The notes under the pieces: generated by a model
What the model was told of the DNA's origin: nothing
Database searches by the model: none
The model's input: only the letters and a program-made list of their open reading frames with translations
Shown: positions 1 through 11,569 of the stretch, one piece after another
Numbering within the stretch: the stretch's first letter is position 1
Layout of the letters: each line of letters begins with the position of its first letter
Source: Macrostomum lignano
Lineage: Eukaryota
Reading direction: 5' to 3'
NCBI GenBank assembly: GCA_002269645.1
Contig: NIVC01001922.1
Coordinates: 1-64,000 of the forward strand
Length of the DNA: 64,000 nucleotides
Position numbers and translations under genes: made by a program

Positions 1-210
1 CTCAACAACAACAGCAGGATAAACTCAACAACAACAACAGGATAAACCTCAACAAGGCAGCGGATAAACCTCAACAACAACAGCAGGATAAACCTCAACA
101 ACAACAGCAGGATAAACCTCAACAACAAACAGCAGGATAAACCTCAACTAACCAACAACATCAGGATAAACCTCAACAACAACAGCAGGATAAACCAACA
201 ACAACAGCAG
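1..210 (+). repeat. 24-bp tandem repeat CCTCAACAACAACAGCAGGATAAA, probably coding (PQQQQQDK)n in shugoshin, with many 1-nt indels
   Basis: Direct reading; it runs into QQQQQLNQSNQSRHEK..., which is in frame with ORF 271. Confidence 0.75.
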
Positions 211-1330
211 CTGAATCAGTCCAATCAGAGTCGGCATGAGAAGTCGCGCCACTCTCTGCCACACGAGTCAATGGAAGTTCAGCAGGAGTTGAACCAGCTG
301 CCAGAGATACCGGCGGAACAGAACAAGCCCGCAGCTGGGTTGCAACGGAAGGCTTTAAAGTTAAAGCCGCAGCCAAAGCAGCAGCGGAGGCCTCAAAGGC
401 GCAGTCAATTCGTTCGAAACCAGGAGCAGAAATCGCAAGTCCACCAGCGGTCAGCCGAAGAGCTTCAAAACCCGACGGAGAACCCTTTCATCCCCGGCCC
501 GGCTGGCTCGAACTCCGCTAAGTGCGGCGCCGACACCAGCGCTGCTGCCAGCGGCAACGGCAACGCCACTTTCGACCAGCTTTCACGCGCCGTCTCCGCA
601 GGCGCCGTCAGAGCCTCGGCCAGCGAGCTCTCGCCGACCTCATCGTTGAAGCTCATCGGCAAGCAGCTGGCGCCATCCATACAGCAGAGGCGCCGGTCGC
701 CAACCGCGCTGCTGGCAGTCACCAGCGTCGGGGAACCTTCGTCATCAACCAGCCTCCGCCATCCACAGCGACTCCATCGCCTCCCTCGCCGCCGCCACCT
801 CCGTCGCCGCCAGCCATTGTCCTGGACGTTCGACACGCGCTTGTTTGTCGCCGCCACCCGCATCCGAGGCTGTCAACCTTGCCTGATCAGCCGGACTTCG
901 CCGAGCTTCCCGATTGGCCGGACACTGCTGCGAGCCTCCGTGTCCACCGCGATGGGTGACGCGGCCGCTTGCTCCTTGACAGCGAAGGTGCTGACTCGCG
1001 AGCTGCGCGTTGCTCCAGGCCCTCCCTGCTGCCGAAGCCCCTGCTGTCTCCGCCGTCCGCGGCGAAGACCAGCGCGCCGCGCCGCTCGTCTCTGATGGCG
1101 CCACCGCCGCTGCCGACGAAGCGCCCGCCACCAAGCGGCATCGCCGGAAGCAGTCTTCAACCGCCACCACCGTCGCCTCGGCGGAATCGTCCGCTGCGTG
1201 CGCCGACCTGACCGGCGAGGCTGCCGCCGTCAACTCGTCAGCGCCTCTGCGGCCTCGCCGTCAACGAGCGGCGGCCGTCAACTACAAGGAGCCCAGCGTT
1301 AATACGAAACTGCGACGCTGCGACAAGTGA
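1..1330 (+). CDS. SGO1: Shugoshin (SGO) family protein, 3' part; 5' end outside the window; reading frame broken at least once between ~750 and 1020
   Basis: The last ORF (1010-1330) ends RPRRQRAAAVNYKEPSVNTKLRRCDK*, matching the shugoshin C-terminal basic SGO motif (human SGO1 has ..VNYKEPTLASKLRRGD). Upstream GC-rich, Q/P/S-rich coding-like sequence is in another frame (271-1095). Confidence 0.75.
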
Positions 1331-1476
1331 TGGGGAAATTTATGCGTATTTGGCTTGGTTTTTCCTACCTCTGAGGCATCCCTACCGGAACTTTAACCAT
1401 TGGATGATTGCAACTAATGGGATAATCGTTAATATGTAAACTAGTTTCATAGTAACAGATAGCTTTGATTTAATTA

Positions 1477-1630
1477 AGGATTCTGATCCCCATAGCTCAA
1501 TACGAGAGCTGCAATCACATCTGAGGATTCTGATCCCCATAGCTCAATACGAGAGCTGCAATCATATCTGAGGATTCTGATCCCCATAGCTCAATACGAG
1601 AGCTGCAATCACATCTGAGGATTCTGATCC
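1477..1630. repeat. 47-bp tandem repeat, ~3.3 copies (AGGATTCTGATCCCCATAGCTCAATACGAGAGCTGCAATCACATCTG)
   Basis: Units start at 1477, 1524, 1571 and 1618. Confidence 0.9.
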
Positions 1631-2239
1631 TATCTTCCTGTCAGTATCTGTATGAAAAGTTGAACTAATTAGTCTGAATTCCAACATCTTGGCTACAAGT
1701 CGTACAGCTCTGCTTGCTATCCATCTCTGAATTTAGTCTCTCTAGACTGCGTATGCAGTTGTAAACTGCAGGTGAATAACTGAAAAGTACATGCAGTCAC
1801 TTAATTAGTTGAGTACTCTTGCAGTCTTTATTATTTGGCTTTATACTGCATTACGCCAATTGTTTCAAAGCAATTTTAAATTTTCCTACTTATTTTTACA
1901 CCTTGACACAATCATTATTTAAGCTACCAAGTAGTGTGCTTTGCAGCATTTCCACACATCTCATGCTTTATACAAAAGGTATTAATTTATTTATGCCATT
2001 TATCAGTTCATCAGCTCCGGTGCTAGACTGACCAACAATTATCTACGGCAACTACTTTTACTCTAACCAGTCTTCACTTTGGTATGCTACGCATTAATAA
2101 CCTAAATATAAAGCATGTCAAAAATTTGCGTTTAAAAAACTTTTCATATATAAGAAAGTGAAATCAGTTGTTTTCGATAATTATATATATTTACTGAATT
2201 GCTTATAAGACGGCTCTTCCACAAGTATCAATAGGTAAC

Positions 2240-2930
2240 CCTCCCAGCTTCTCAGACAGCCGCCCTCCCAGCTCCTCAAACAGGCACCCTCCCAGCTACT
2301 CAAACAGCCGCCCTCCCAGCTCCTCAAACAGCACCCTCCAAGCTACTCAAACAGCCGCCCTCCCAGCTCCTCAAACAGGCACCCTCCCAGCTCCTCAAAC
2401 AGCGCCCTCCCAGCTCCTCAAACAGCCGCCCTCCCAGCTCCTCAAACAGGCACCCTCCCAGCTCCTCAAACAGGCACCCTCCCAGCTCCTCAAACAGGCA
2501 CCCTCCCAGCTCCTCAAACAGGCACCCTCCCAGCTTCTCAGACAGCCACCTCCCAGCTCCTCAAACAACCGCCCTCCCAGCTCCCCAAACAGCCGCCCTC
2601 CAAACTCCTATATACTCAGACAGGCACCCTCGTAGATACTCAGACAGGCACCCTCATAGATGCTCAGACAGGCACCCTCATAGATGTCCAGACAGCCACC
2701 CTCATAGATGTCCAGACAGCCACCCTCATAGATGTCCAGACAGCCACCCTCATAGATGCTCAGACAGCCTCCCTCATAGATACTCAGACAGGCACCCTCA
2801 TAGATGCTCAGACAGCCTCCCTCATAGATGCTCAGACAGCCTCCCTCATAGATACTCAGACAGGCACCCTCATAGATGCTCAGACAGCCTCCCTCATAGA
2901 TGCTCAGACAGCCTCCTCATAGATTCTCAG
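2240..2930. repeat. Two abutting related 24-bp minisatellites (CAGCCGCCCTCCCAGCTCCTCAAA, then CAGACAGGCACCCTCATAGATGCT)
   Basis: Direct reading; the unit switches at ~2610. Confidence 0.9.
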
Positions 2931-3078
2931 ACAGACAAAGAAATCCTGCTCAATCCTCACAACTCAACCGCGAACTCCGCCCACTCGCCCATCCTCCAGC
3001 CCAGTCCGTCCCCGAGCCCCCAGCGCGCAGCACCTCCACGCCAGCAACCGCCTCTCCACTGCACTCTGCGGCGCTCCC

Positions 3079-4832
3079 ATGGGCGACAAGAGCAAACTGC
3101 AGAAGCCCCGCTTCGAGCTGCCCATCGCGGCAGCGGCAGCCGCAGCGGCAGCGGCGGCGGCTGCTACGGCAGCAGCGACCGGCAACGACTGCCGCTCGGT
3201 GACCACCGGCCTGCAGCCGCAGCTGTCCTGCCTGTCCTCAATGCCGGCTGTCGGCAAGCTGAAGCTGCCGTCTCCGTCTGACAGCGACGCCTCGGCAACC
3301 GCCGACTCCGCCGCATCGCCGAATGTCGAGCGAGATTTCAGCGTCGACGACCTTGAAGACCTCGGCGAGATCGGCCGGGGCGCATTCGGCACGGTGAACA
3401 GCATGCGGTACATCCCCACTGGCATCCCGCTGGCCGTCAAGCGCATCCGGTCCACCGTGGACGAGCGCACGCAGAAGAACATGCTGGCAGAGCTCAGCAT
3501 TGTTGTCAACTGCGACTGCGAGTTCATTGCCAAGTCCTACGGGGCCCTGTTCAAGGAGGGCGACTGCTGGATCTGCATGGAGCTGATGGACACCAGCCTG
3601 GACAAGCTGTACCGGGTGGTGTATCACCATCTCATGACTCACATTCCCGAGCCCGTGATTGCCTCGATTGCCTACTGCACTGTGTCTGCCTTGAACTACC
3701 TGAAGGAGCATCTCAAGATGATGCATAGGTAAGTTCAGTGGTTCTTGGTGTTTGGTTTCTCCAATGAGATATTGAAATTCCCAGATATTTGCAATCCCCA
3801 TGCAGATATTTAAAATTCCTATTCAGATATTGCAAATCCCCATTCAGATATTGCAAATCCCCATTCAGATATTGCAAATCCCCATTCAGATATTGCAAAT
3901 CCCCATTCAGATATTGCAAATCCCCATTCAGATATTGCAAATCCCCATTCAGATATTGCAAATCCCCATTCAGATATTGCAAATCCCCATTCAGATATTA
4001 AAAATCCCCATTTAGATGTAACCGCAGATACAGATCCAGGTGTAAAGTACATAGAAAGGAATTCGCAATTAGCTGTCTCTTCACCACAACCGCAGAGACG
4101 TGAAGCCCAGCAACATCCTGGCCGACCGCTCTGGCCGAGTGAAGCTGTGCGACTTTGGCATCGCTGGAAACCTGGTGGACAGCATCGCCAAGACCCGGGA
4201 CGCCGGCTGCCGGCCATACATGGCCCCGAGCGTATCGACCATCAGCGAATGCAGGACGGCTACGATGTACGCAGCGACATCTGGTCTCTGGGCATCTCCC
4301 TGTACGAGCTCTGCACCGGCCGCTTCCCCTACAAGCAGTGGAGCACCATGTTTGAGCAGCTCGAGCAGGTAAGCACTGGTGTCTTTGAGGGTGTACAGGT
4401 AGCTTTGGTGACTCACAGGTAGCTTTGGTGACTCACAGGTAGCTTTGGTGACTCACAGGTAGCTTTGTTGACTCACAGGTAGCTTTGGTGACTCACAGGT
4501 AGCTTTGGTGACTCACATGTAGCTTTGGTGACTCACAGGTAGCTTTGGTGAATCACAAGCAACTCGGCAACTTTGCAGGTGGTAAAAAGCGACCCGCCGC
4601 GCCTGACGGACGAACGGTTCAGCGCCAACGCGCACAACTTTGTAAACTTCTGCCTGACCAAGGATGTGCAGAGGCGGCCCAAGTACCGGGCGCTGCTGCA
4701 GCACAGCTTCCTCACGTCCGGCCCGGATCGGGGGCCTCCGCCAGCTTCTTTGACTTCGTTCTGACCAGCTGCGTGCCGGAGGGCGGCGCTGCCGGCGGCA
4801 TCAACGAGCTGGTGTCCGCCCTGCGCATCTGA
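3079..4832 (+). CDS. MAP2K4: Dual-specificity MAP kinase kinase 4 (MKK4/SEK-1); exons 3079-3728, 4096-4368, 4579-4764/4832; frameshift at 4224-4227 and probably at 4730-4734
   Basis: Kinase motifs GEIGRGAFGTV, AVKRIR, CWICMELMDTSLDKLY, HR|DVKPSNIL, DFGIAGNLVDSIAKTRDAGCRPYM(APE)RID and DIWSLGISLYE. The SIAKT activation loop is MKK4-type. GT-AG introns have compatible phases. Confidence 0.92.
3790..4015. repeat. 21-bp minisatellite (CCCATTCAGATATTGCAAATC) filling MKK4 intron 1
   Basis: Direct reading. Confidence 0.9.
4396..4555 (+). repeat. 20-bp minisatellite (CAGGTAGCTTTGGTGACTCA) x8 in MKK4 intron 2
   Basis: Units start every 20 bp from 4396; one has CATGT instead of CAGGT. Confidence 0.92.
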
Positions 4833-5249
4833 GATACGCACCGTTGTACTTTCTCCTTTTTTAGATATAGAACAGCTGACTGTGTTTCTGTTTAATCTCT
4901 TTCAAAGCATAACCTGAATTTCGCCGGGTTTTTCTGCATGAATTCCCCTGAATTTGCTTTGGCGTTTTTCTTGACCAAGATTTCCCCATAGTGAGACGGG
5001 GTCTGATCTCGTCAGACCTGTATTTCCGTATGAGATTCTTCAACTTCCAACTTCCTCCATCTTATTCGCCACTTGTTCACCTCTTTTAATAACTGTTCGC
5101 GTTTCACTGCTTTGCAATTTGACCTCTCTAAAGCAATTTTAGAGGTCATATGTTTATAATTTTGTAATTATTTCAATAATTAAGATTTAATCTTGAGTCC
5201 TAATTTTACTGCCCTCTGGTTGGATTTCCGTGTTTTTGTTGCCCGCAGC

Positions 5250-5690
5250 AGGCAGAGCCCACGACCCACTCCGTCAGTCCAGATGTACGCAGAAGGCAGA
5301 GAGCCCCCACCCCCAAACCACCAGTCCAGATGTACGCAGAAGGCAGAGAGCCCCCACCCACTTCTCCAGTCCAGATGTTCGCAGAAGGCAGAGAGCCCCC
5401 ACCTCACTCCGCCAGTCCAGATGTTAACCCTAACCCTAACCCTAACCCTAACCCAGTCCAGATGTACGCATAAGGCAAAGAGTCCCCACCCCACTCCGCC
5501 AGTCCAGATGTACGCAGAAGGCAGAGTCCCCACCCCACTCCGCCAGTCCAGATGTACGCAGAAGGCAGAGTCCCACCCCACTCCACCAGTCCAGATGTAC
5601 GCAGAAGGCAGAGTCCCCACCCCACTCCGCCAGTCCAGATGTACGCAGAAGGCAGAGTCCCCACCCCACTCCGCCAGTCCAGATGTTTTC
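5250..5690. repeat. ~50-bp minisatellite (CCAGTCCAGATGTACGCAGAAGGCAGAGTCCCCACCCCACTCCG-type) containing an embedded (TAACCC)5 tract at 5425-5454
   Basis: Direct reading. Confidence 0.85.
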
Positions 5691-6039
5691 TTGATTGCAT
5701 GCTCTGCGCAGATCTTTTCGGCTAAATGATGAACCGACTATTTTTGTTTGTTTTCTTGCGCATGTTTCCTGCTGTTATTTGATAGCAGAGATGATGAGTT
5801 TCTTGTTTAGCTATTTTTTACGTTTCTGGTGCAACACTGCGCAACATTTGCACACAATTTTTACGGTGCATTTTCGCATGCAATTAAGATTAATGACACC
5901 GCAGTTTCGTGTCTGGAAAATTTAAACTCGTATTTGAATTCGCTGAATATTGCCGCGGCTTGCAAGCTTGGATTTTCGTATGGTTTTTAAAAATATTATT
6001 ATGGTTAAATTTCTGCCTAAAACTGACACAATCATCCAT

Positions 6040-6530
6040 CGGTCACCCAACTCGGACACTCATACACGGGACACCCCACTCGGAGACTCATTTACCGGAC
6101 ACCCACTCGGACACCCCACTCAGACACTCATACACTGGCCACCCCACTCGGAGACTCATTTACCGGACACCCCATTTGGACACTCATACACCGGACACCC
6201 CACTCGGACACCCTCTCGGACACTCATTCACCGGAAACCCCACTCGGACACTCATTCACCGGACACCCCACTCGGACACCCTCACGGACACTCATTCACC
6301 GGAAACCCCACTCGGACACCCTCTCGGACACTCATTCGCCGGAAACCCCACTCGGACACTCATTCACCGGACACCCCACTCGGACACTTTCTCGGACACT
6401 CATTCACCGGAAACCCCACTCGGACACTCATTCACCGGAAACCCCACTCGGACACTCATTCACCGGACACCCCACTCGGACACCCTCTCGGACACTCATT
6501 CACCGGAAACCCCACTCGGACACCCATCAG
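6040..6530. repeat. Complex minisatellite built from GGACACCCCACTC / GGACACTCATTCACC modules
   Basis: Direct reading. Confidence 0.85.
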
Positions 6531-7069
6531 ACTAATCAATCTTTGTCGTTAAATTTTTGCACAGGTTGCTTTTCTATTTTCACGCCTTACTCTGGTGCCC
6601 CGCTCTGTACACTGCGCTCTCGTCTATGCGCGATCGGCACCGGACAAACTTGTTAAACTCGCAATCGCCCAAGTCCATCGCTCACTCGCTCTTGCGCACC
6701 TTGCATGTTGTCCAAGCAATATTGTCTTAGTCTTTGTAGCGACACCAGAGTCTATTTAATATATCTCTCTGTTTTCTCTTTTGCAATTTTTTGTTATTTG
6801 ATTAATTGATTTATTAATTACCTGCCGCGCTGTTGTCTTCAGTTTCCATTCCCTGACTCAAATTTTGCGTGACTTCTTGTGCTACTGTGGGTCTAATTTC
6901 TAGCGTATAAATAATGTTAGTTTAGCTGGATCGCGAAGCAATACTAATACTCGTAGCTTTACTTGTGGACTGATTCGTAAGAAATATGACCATTATTTGT
7001 GTCTTTTTCATGCGCCTTCCTCAGTGCTAATCCTTTTAAGGATGATAAAACAGTTAGGGATTGTTGGTG

Positions 7070-7625
7070 CATGAAGGATTCTGGGATTCTAGTTGGGGAT
7101 TTAAGGATTAGGATTCTAGCTATGGATTCTGAGATTCTAGCTGGGGATTCTGGGAATCTAGTTAGGGATTCTGGGATTCTAGTTGGGGATTCTGGGATTC
7201 TAGTTGGGGACTTAAAGATTGGGATTCTAGCTAGGGATTCTAGGATTCTGGGATTCTAGTTAGGGATTTATGGATTGGGATTCTAGGTAGGGATGCTGGG
7301 ATTGTAGTAGGTGATTCTGGGATTCTAGTTGGGGATTCTGGGATTCTAGTTGGGGATTCTGGGATTCTAGTTGGGGATTCTGGGATTCTAGTTGGGGATT
7401 CTGGGATTCTAGTTGGGGATTCTGGGATTCTAGTTGGGGATTCTGGGATTCTAGTTGGGGATTCTGGGATTCTAGTTGGGGATTCTGGGATTCTAGTTAA
7501 GGATTCTGGGATTCTAGTTGGGGATTCTGGGATTCTAGTTAGGGATTCTATGATTCTAGTTGGGGATTCTGGCATTCTAGTTGGGGATTCTGGGATTCTA
7601 TTTAAGGATTCTGGGATTCTAGCTT
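7070..7625. repeat. 21-bp minisatellite (GGGATTCTGGGATTCTAGTTG)
   Basis: Direct reading. Confidence 0.9.
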
Positions 7626-7755
7626 GCATTCTACTCGTAAAACCGTTAAATCGATTCGCTATCTTCATAACTTTGCACTTTATGCAAGACAGTTAATTGC
7701 TTCTATTAAAAGAAAGTCAAATCCAAAAGCAGACGCAGCACCAGCAGAAGCAGCA

Positions 7756-10700
7756 ATGCGCAAGAAGCAGTCTTCCACGCGCCGAATGGCCGGCAGCGAC
7801 GAAGACGACTTGGAGGCCACCGCGGCCGGCGAGCCTCCCAGCCCGCCGCCGAACGGCAACGGCGGCGCCGATGCGGGAGCAGAAGATTCGCAGGCAAAAG
7901 CAGCAGAAGGTGGAGAAGAAGCCGTACGAGAAGCAGAAGAGGCCGGAGCCAAAGAAGAATCTGCGGCGACGCCCGTCAGCACGAGGACTCGCGGCAGCAG
8001 CGGCGGCGGCGGCGGCACGCACACCTCCCCGGTGTCGGCGCCCGGCATCTACGACACGGTGAAGTGCACCGCCTGCGGCAAGCGGGTGAACCCCTACAAC
8101 GGCACCATGCAGCTGCACCCCATGCTCAGCGTGCTGGTCTGTCAGCGCTGCTACAAGTTTTATCGCACCGGCCAGTTTGACATCGACCACGACGGCAAGG
8201 AGAACCAGTGCCGCTGGTGCGGCGAGGGCGGCTCCCTGATCTGCTGCGACCGCTGCCAGCACTCCTTCTGCAAGTCCTGCATCCGCAGGAACCTCGGCCG
8301 CTCGGCGCTGCAAAGCGTTGAGGAGCTGCCCGACGATGCCGTCTGGAGCTGCTACATGTGCGACTCTGCGCCGCTGCTGGAACTGCAGGTGAGCTCGGCA
8401 TTTCTTATCCTCGGCTCGGGTCAGCACTCTCTGCTTCAGCAACTAGCTCTCAGATCCTCATTTGCTGGGCCAGCCTCCCAGATTTTCAGTTGATGTGCCA
8501 GCTTCCCAAAGTGTCAGTTGCTGGGCCAGCCTCCCAGAGTGTCAGTTGCTGGGCCAGCCTCCCAGAGTGTCAGTTGCTGGGCCAGCCTCCCAGAGTGTCA
8601 GTTGCCGGGCCAGCCTCCCAGAGTGTCAGTTGCTGTGCCAGCTTCCCAAAGTGTCAGTTGCTGGGCCAGCCTCCCAGAGTGTCAGTTGCTGGGCCAGCCT
8701 CCCAGATCCTCAGTTGCTGGGCCAGCCTCCCAGAGTGTCAGTTGCTGGGCCAGCCTCCCAGATCCTCAGTTGCTGGGCCAGCCTCCCAGAGTGTCAGTTG
8801 CTGGGCCAGCCTCCCAGAGTGTCAGTTGCTGGGCCAGCCTCCCAGAGTGTCAGTTGCTGGGCCAGCCTCCCAGATCCTCAGTTGCTGGGCCAGCCTCCCA
8901 GAGTGTCAGTTGGGGGGGGGCAGTCTCCCAAAGTGTCAGTTAGGGGGGGCAGTCTCCCAAAGTGTCAGTTTGGGGGGGGCGGTCTCCCAAAGTGTCAGTT
9001 GGGGGGGGCAGTCTCCCAAAGTGTCAGTCGCTGGGCCAGCCTCCCAGAGTGTCAGTTGCTGGGCCAGGCTCCCAGAGTGTCAGTTGGGGGGGGGGGGCCA
9101 GCCTCCCAAAGTGTCAGTTGCTGGGCCAGCCTCCCAGAGTGTCAGTTGGGGGGGGGGCAGCCTCCCAAAGTGTCAGTTGCTGGGCCAGCCTCTCAAGTCC
9201 CCAGTTGCTGGGCCGTCGCCCCTCTCTCCAGTCATTCCCCAACAGCCAACTCAACTCTCCCTGCCCCACCCGCAGACGGAGGCCCGGGTTGTCATGCAGG
9301 CGGTGCGTGATAAGTACAGCACCGAGGCGGCACGCAGCCGCAAGCAGCAACAGCACCAGCAGCTGAAACTGCAGCAGCAAAAGCAGCAGCAGCAGCAGAG
9401 GCTTCAACAGCGCCAGGGGGCAGCTTCAGCAGTGCCAGCAGGTGGCTTCATGGGCCTGAAGCTGGACATGAGCTCGGTGCCCAGGCTGCCCGGCACCACA
9501 GCGGCGATGGCAACCACAGCCGGGGTGATATCTGGAGGCCTCAGCAAGCAGCAGCAGCAGCAGCGACAGCGGCAGCAGCTTCTCATGCAGCAGCAGCAGC
9601 GCTTCGCCCAGTCCGTGCCGCGGCTGCCGGCTGCCGCCGGCTCCTCCCAGTTGGCTCTGCAGCGCCAGCAGCAGCAGCAGCTTCAACAGCTGCAGAAATT
9701 GCAACAACAGCAGCAGCAGCAGCTGCAGCAGAGGCAGCGCGCAATGGCGGCAGCTGGCAGCAGTGCGGTGATGACGGAGCAGTGGTACAAGAAGAACGTC
9801 CGCATCGAGTCCATCCTGGCCGATATCGAGTCCGTGAACACTTATAACATTGGCCCGGCGCTCAATGCCACGGTCACCCTGCTGCAGGGCATGATGCGCC
9901 AGTACAGCCGCCTGCTGCAGGATCTGGCCGCGGTCAGGTCAGTTCGCTGGCTGGGGGTATTTTGGGGGAATTCTTTTGCTTGGGGATTTTAGTGAGATTT
10001 CCATGACGGTGGATTCTCTTTGATGAATTTCCATAGGAAGGTGGATTTTCCTTGCAGGGAATTTCCATAGGAGTGTTGATTCTCCTTGTGGGGAATTTCC
10101 ATAGGAGGGTGGATTCTCCTTGTGGGGAATTTCCATATGAGTGTTGATTCTCCTTGCAGGGAATTTCCATGCTAGGGCTTGCTCTCCTTTATGACTTTTT
10201 TCGAACGTTAAAAACTCAAAAGTAACTTCAAATATACAAAATTGACGTTTGATTGACTTAACCTGACCCCGCATAACCCCGTCTCCCCGAACACAGGACC
10301 AACCAGGACCGGGCCCAGGTGGTGTCCCGATTCAAGAGCGCCTACCGGATGCACCTGTTCCTGCGCCTGGGCAAGCTGCGCAGCCTCATTGCCGAGCAGG
10401 ACCGCCACTCAGTGCGCAAGGCCGCGCCAGCCGGAGCCGCCGCCGCCACGCCGAAGCCGGCCGGCCTCTCCCTGGCCTCCGTGCTGCCGCAGTCCTCGGC
10501 GTCAACGATGGCTGCCGCGGCGGCGCTGCAGCTGCCTGGCACCGCCAGCAAGACAGTGATGGACGCGCAGAACCAGGCGATCCCCATCGCCGAGCTGCTG
10601 CCCGAGCTGAACCGCAACATCCGGGAGATGATCGAGCGGCAGAACCAGGCCCGCAGGGACTCCGAAGCCGCCGCCGCGGCTGCCGCGTCCGGCGTCGCCA

Positions 10701-11569
10701 TTGTCAGCGGTGGCGAGTCGGTTGAAGCCGGCGGCGAAGGCGACATTGTTGTGCTGAGCGACAAGGAGGCCTCGTGCTCTGCCGGGGCGGACGGCATTGC
10801 GGAGCTCCTAACGAAGCGGCGGCAGCGCGAGGCCGAGGCTTCCGCGGGCGCTGCGTCGGTCGCCACGTCGAAGTCGAGGAAGAAGAGCCAGCCGAGGAAG
10901 ATCACCCTGCCCGCCACCAATCGGCGAATCGCCCTCGGCGACGGTGACGACGAAGCCGAAACTGGCAGCAACAGCAACGGCATCGGCGAGGACGCCGACG
11001 TCGACTACGGAAACGGCGCCGACGATTCGGCGATGCCACAGGCGGCGGCGATGAACGAAAATGGCGACGATGGGGCTGGCGAAGCGGCGTATGGCATGGA
11101 GGCCGACGCTGCTCCCGACGATGCTCCCGGCGATGCTGGCGACGCTCCTAACGATGTTTGCGACGCACTTGAAGATGTGGGCGAGGCTCCCGAGGATGTC
11201 GGTGAGGCTCGCGCCGATGTCGGCGAAGCTCCTGGCGACGCCAACAACGGCACGGAGGCTCCCACCAGCGATCGTGGCTCCGACGAGCCGTTCGACAGCG
11301 CCGACGCTGCCGCCGCGGATGTCGCCGCCGCGGTTGCCGCTGTAGCCGCGGCAGATGGCGACCAGTTCGAGCCGCTGTGGGCGACTCTGGGCGAGGAAGC
11401 TGGCCGGGGTGACAACGGGGATGGCGGCGGCTCCGTCAAGCGATGCCGCGCTGAAGATCCCGACGCAGCAGACGCCGATCAGGACGATGATGACGAGCCG
11501 GCGCACAAGCGGTCGCGGCCGCAGTCGCCCGGCAGTCTTGAGACGCCGCCTTCGTCCGTCACAGCTTGA
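7756..11569 (+). CDS. ATRX-type ADD (GATA-like + PHD) domain protein lacking the SNF2 helicase; exons 7756-8388, 9276-9937, 10297-11569; ~855 aa
   Basis: VKCTACGKRVNP..HPMLSVLVCQRCYKFY..QCRWCGEGGSLICCDRCQHSFCKSCIRRNLGR..WSCYMC closely parallels the ATRX ADD domain. Exon phases 0 and 2 join in frame (633+662+1273=2568 nt). The start codon is uncertain and could lie in an upstream exon. Confidence 0.85.
8440..9200. repeat. 28-bp minisatellite (GCTGGGCCAGCCTCCCAGAGTGTCAGTT) with G-run variants, intron 1 of the ADD gene
   Basis: Direct reading. Confidence 0.9.
9975..10175. repeat. ~38-bp degenerate minisatellite (GGAATTTCCATAGGA..GATTCTCCTTG[C/T]AG/GG) in intron 2 of the ADD gene
   Basis: Direct reading. 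Confidence 0.75.

Noticed and set aside
465-11506. Numerous antisense and alternate-frame ORFs over GC-rich exons
   Set aside because: These are expected shadows of high-GC3 coding sequence.
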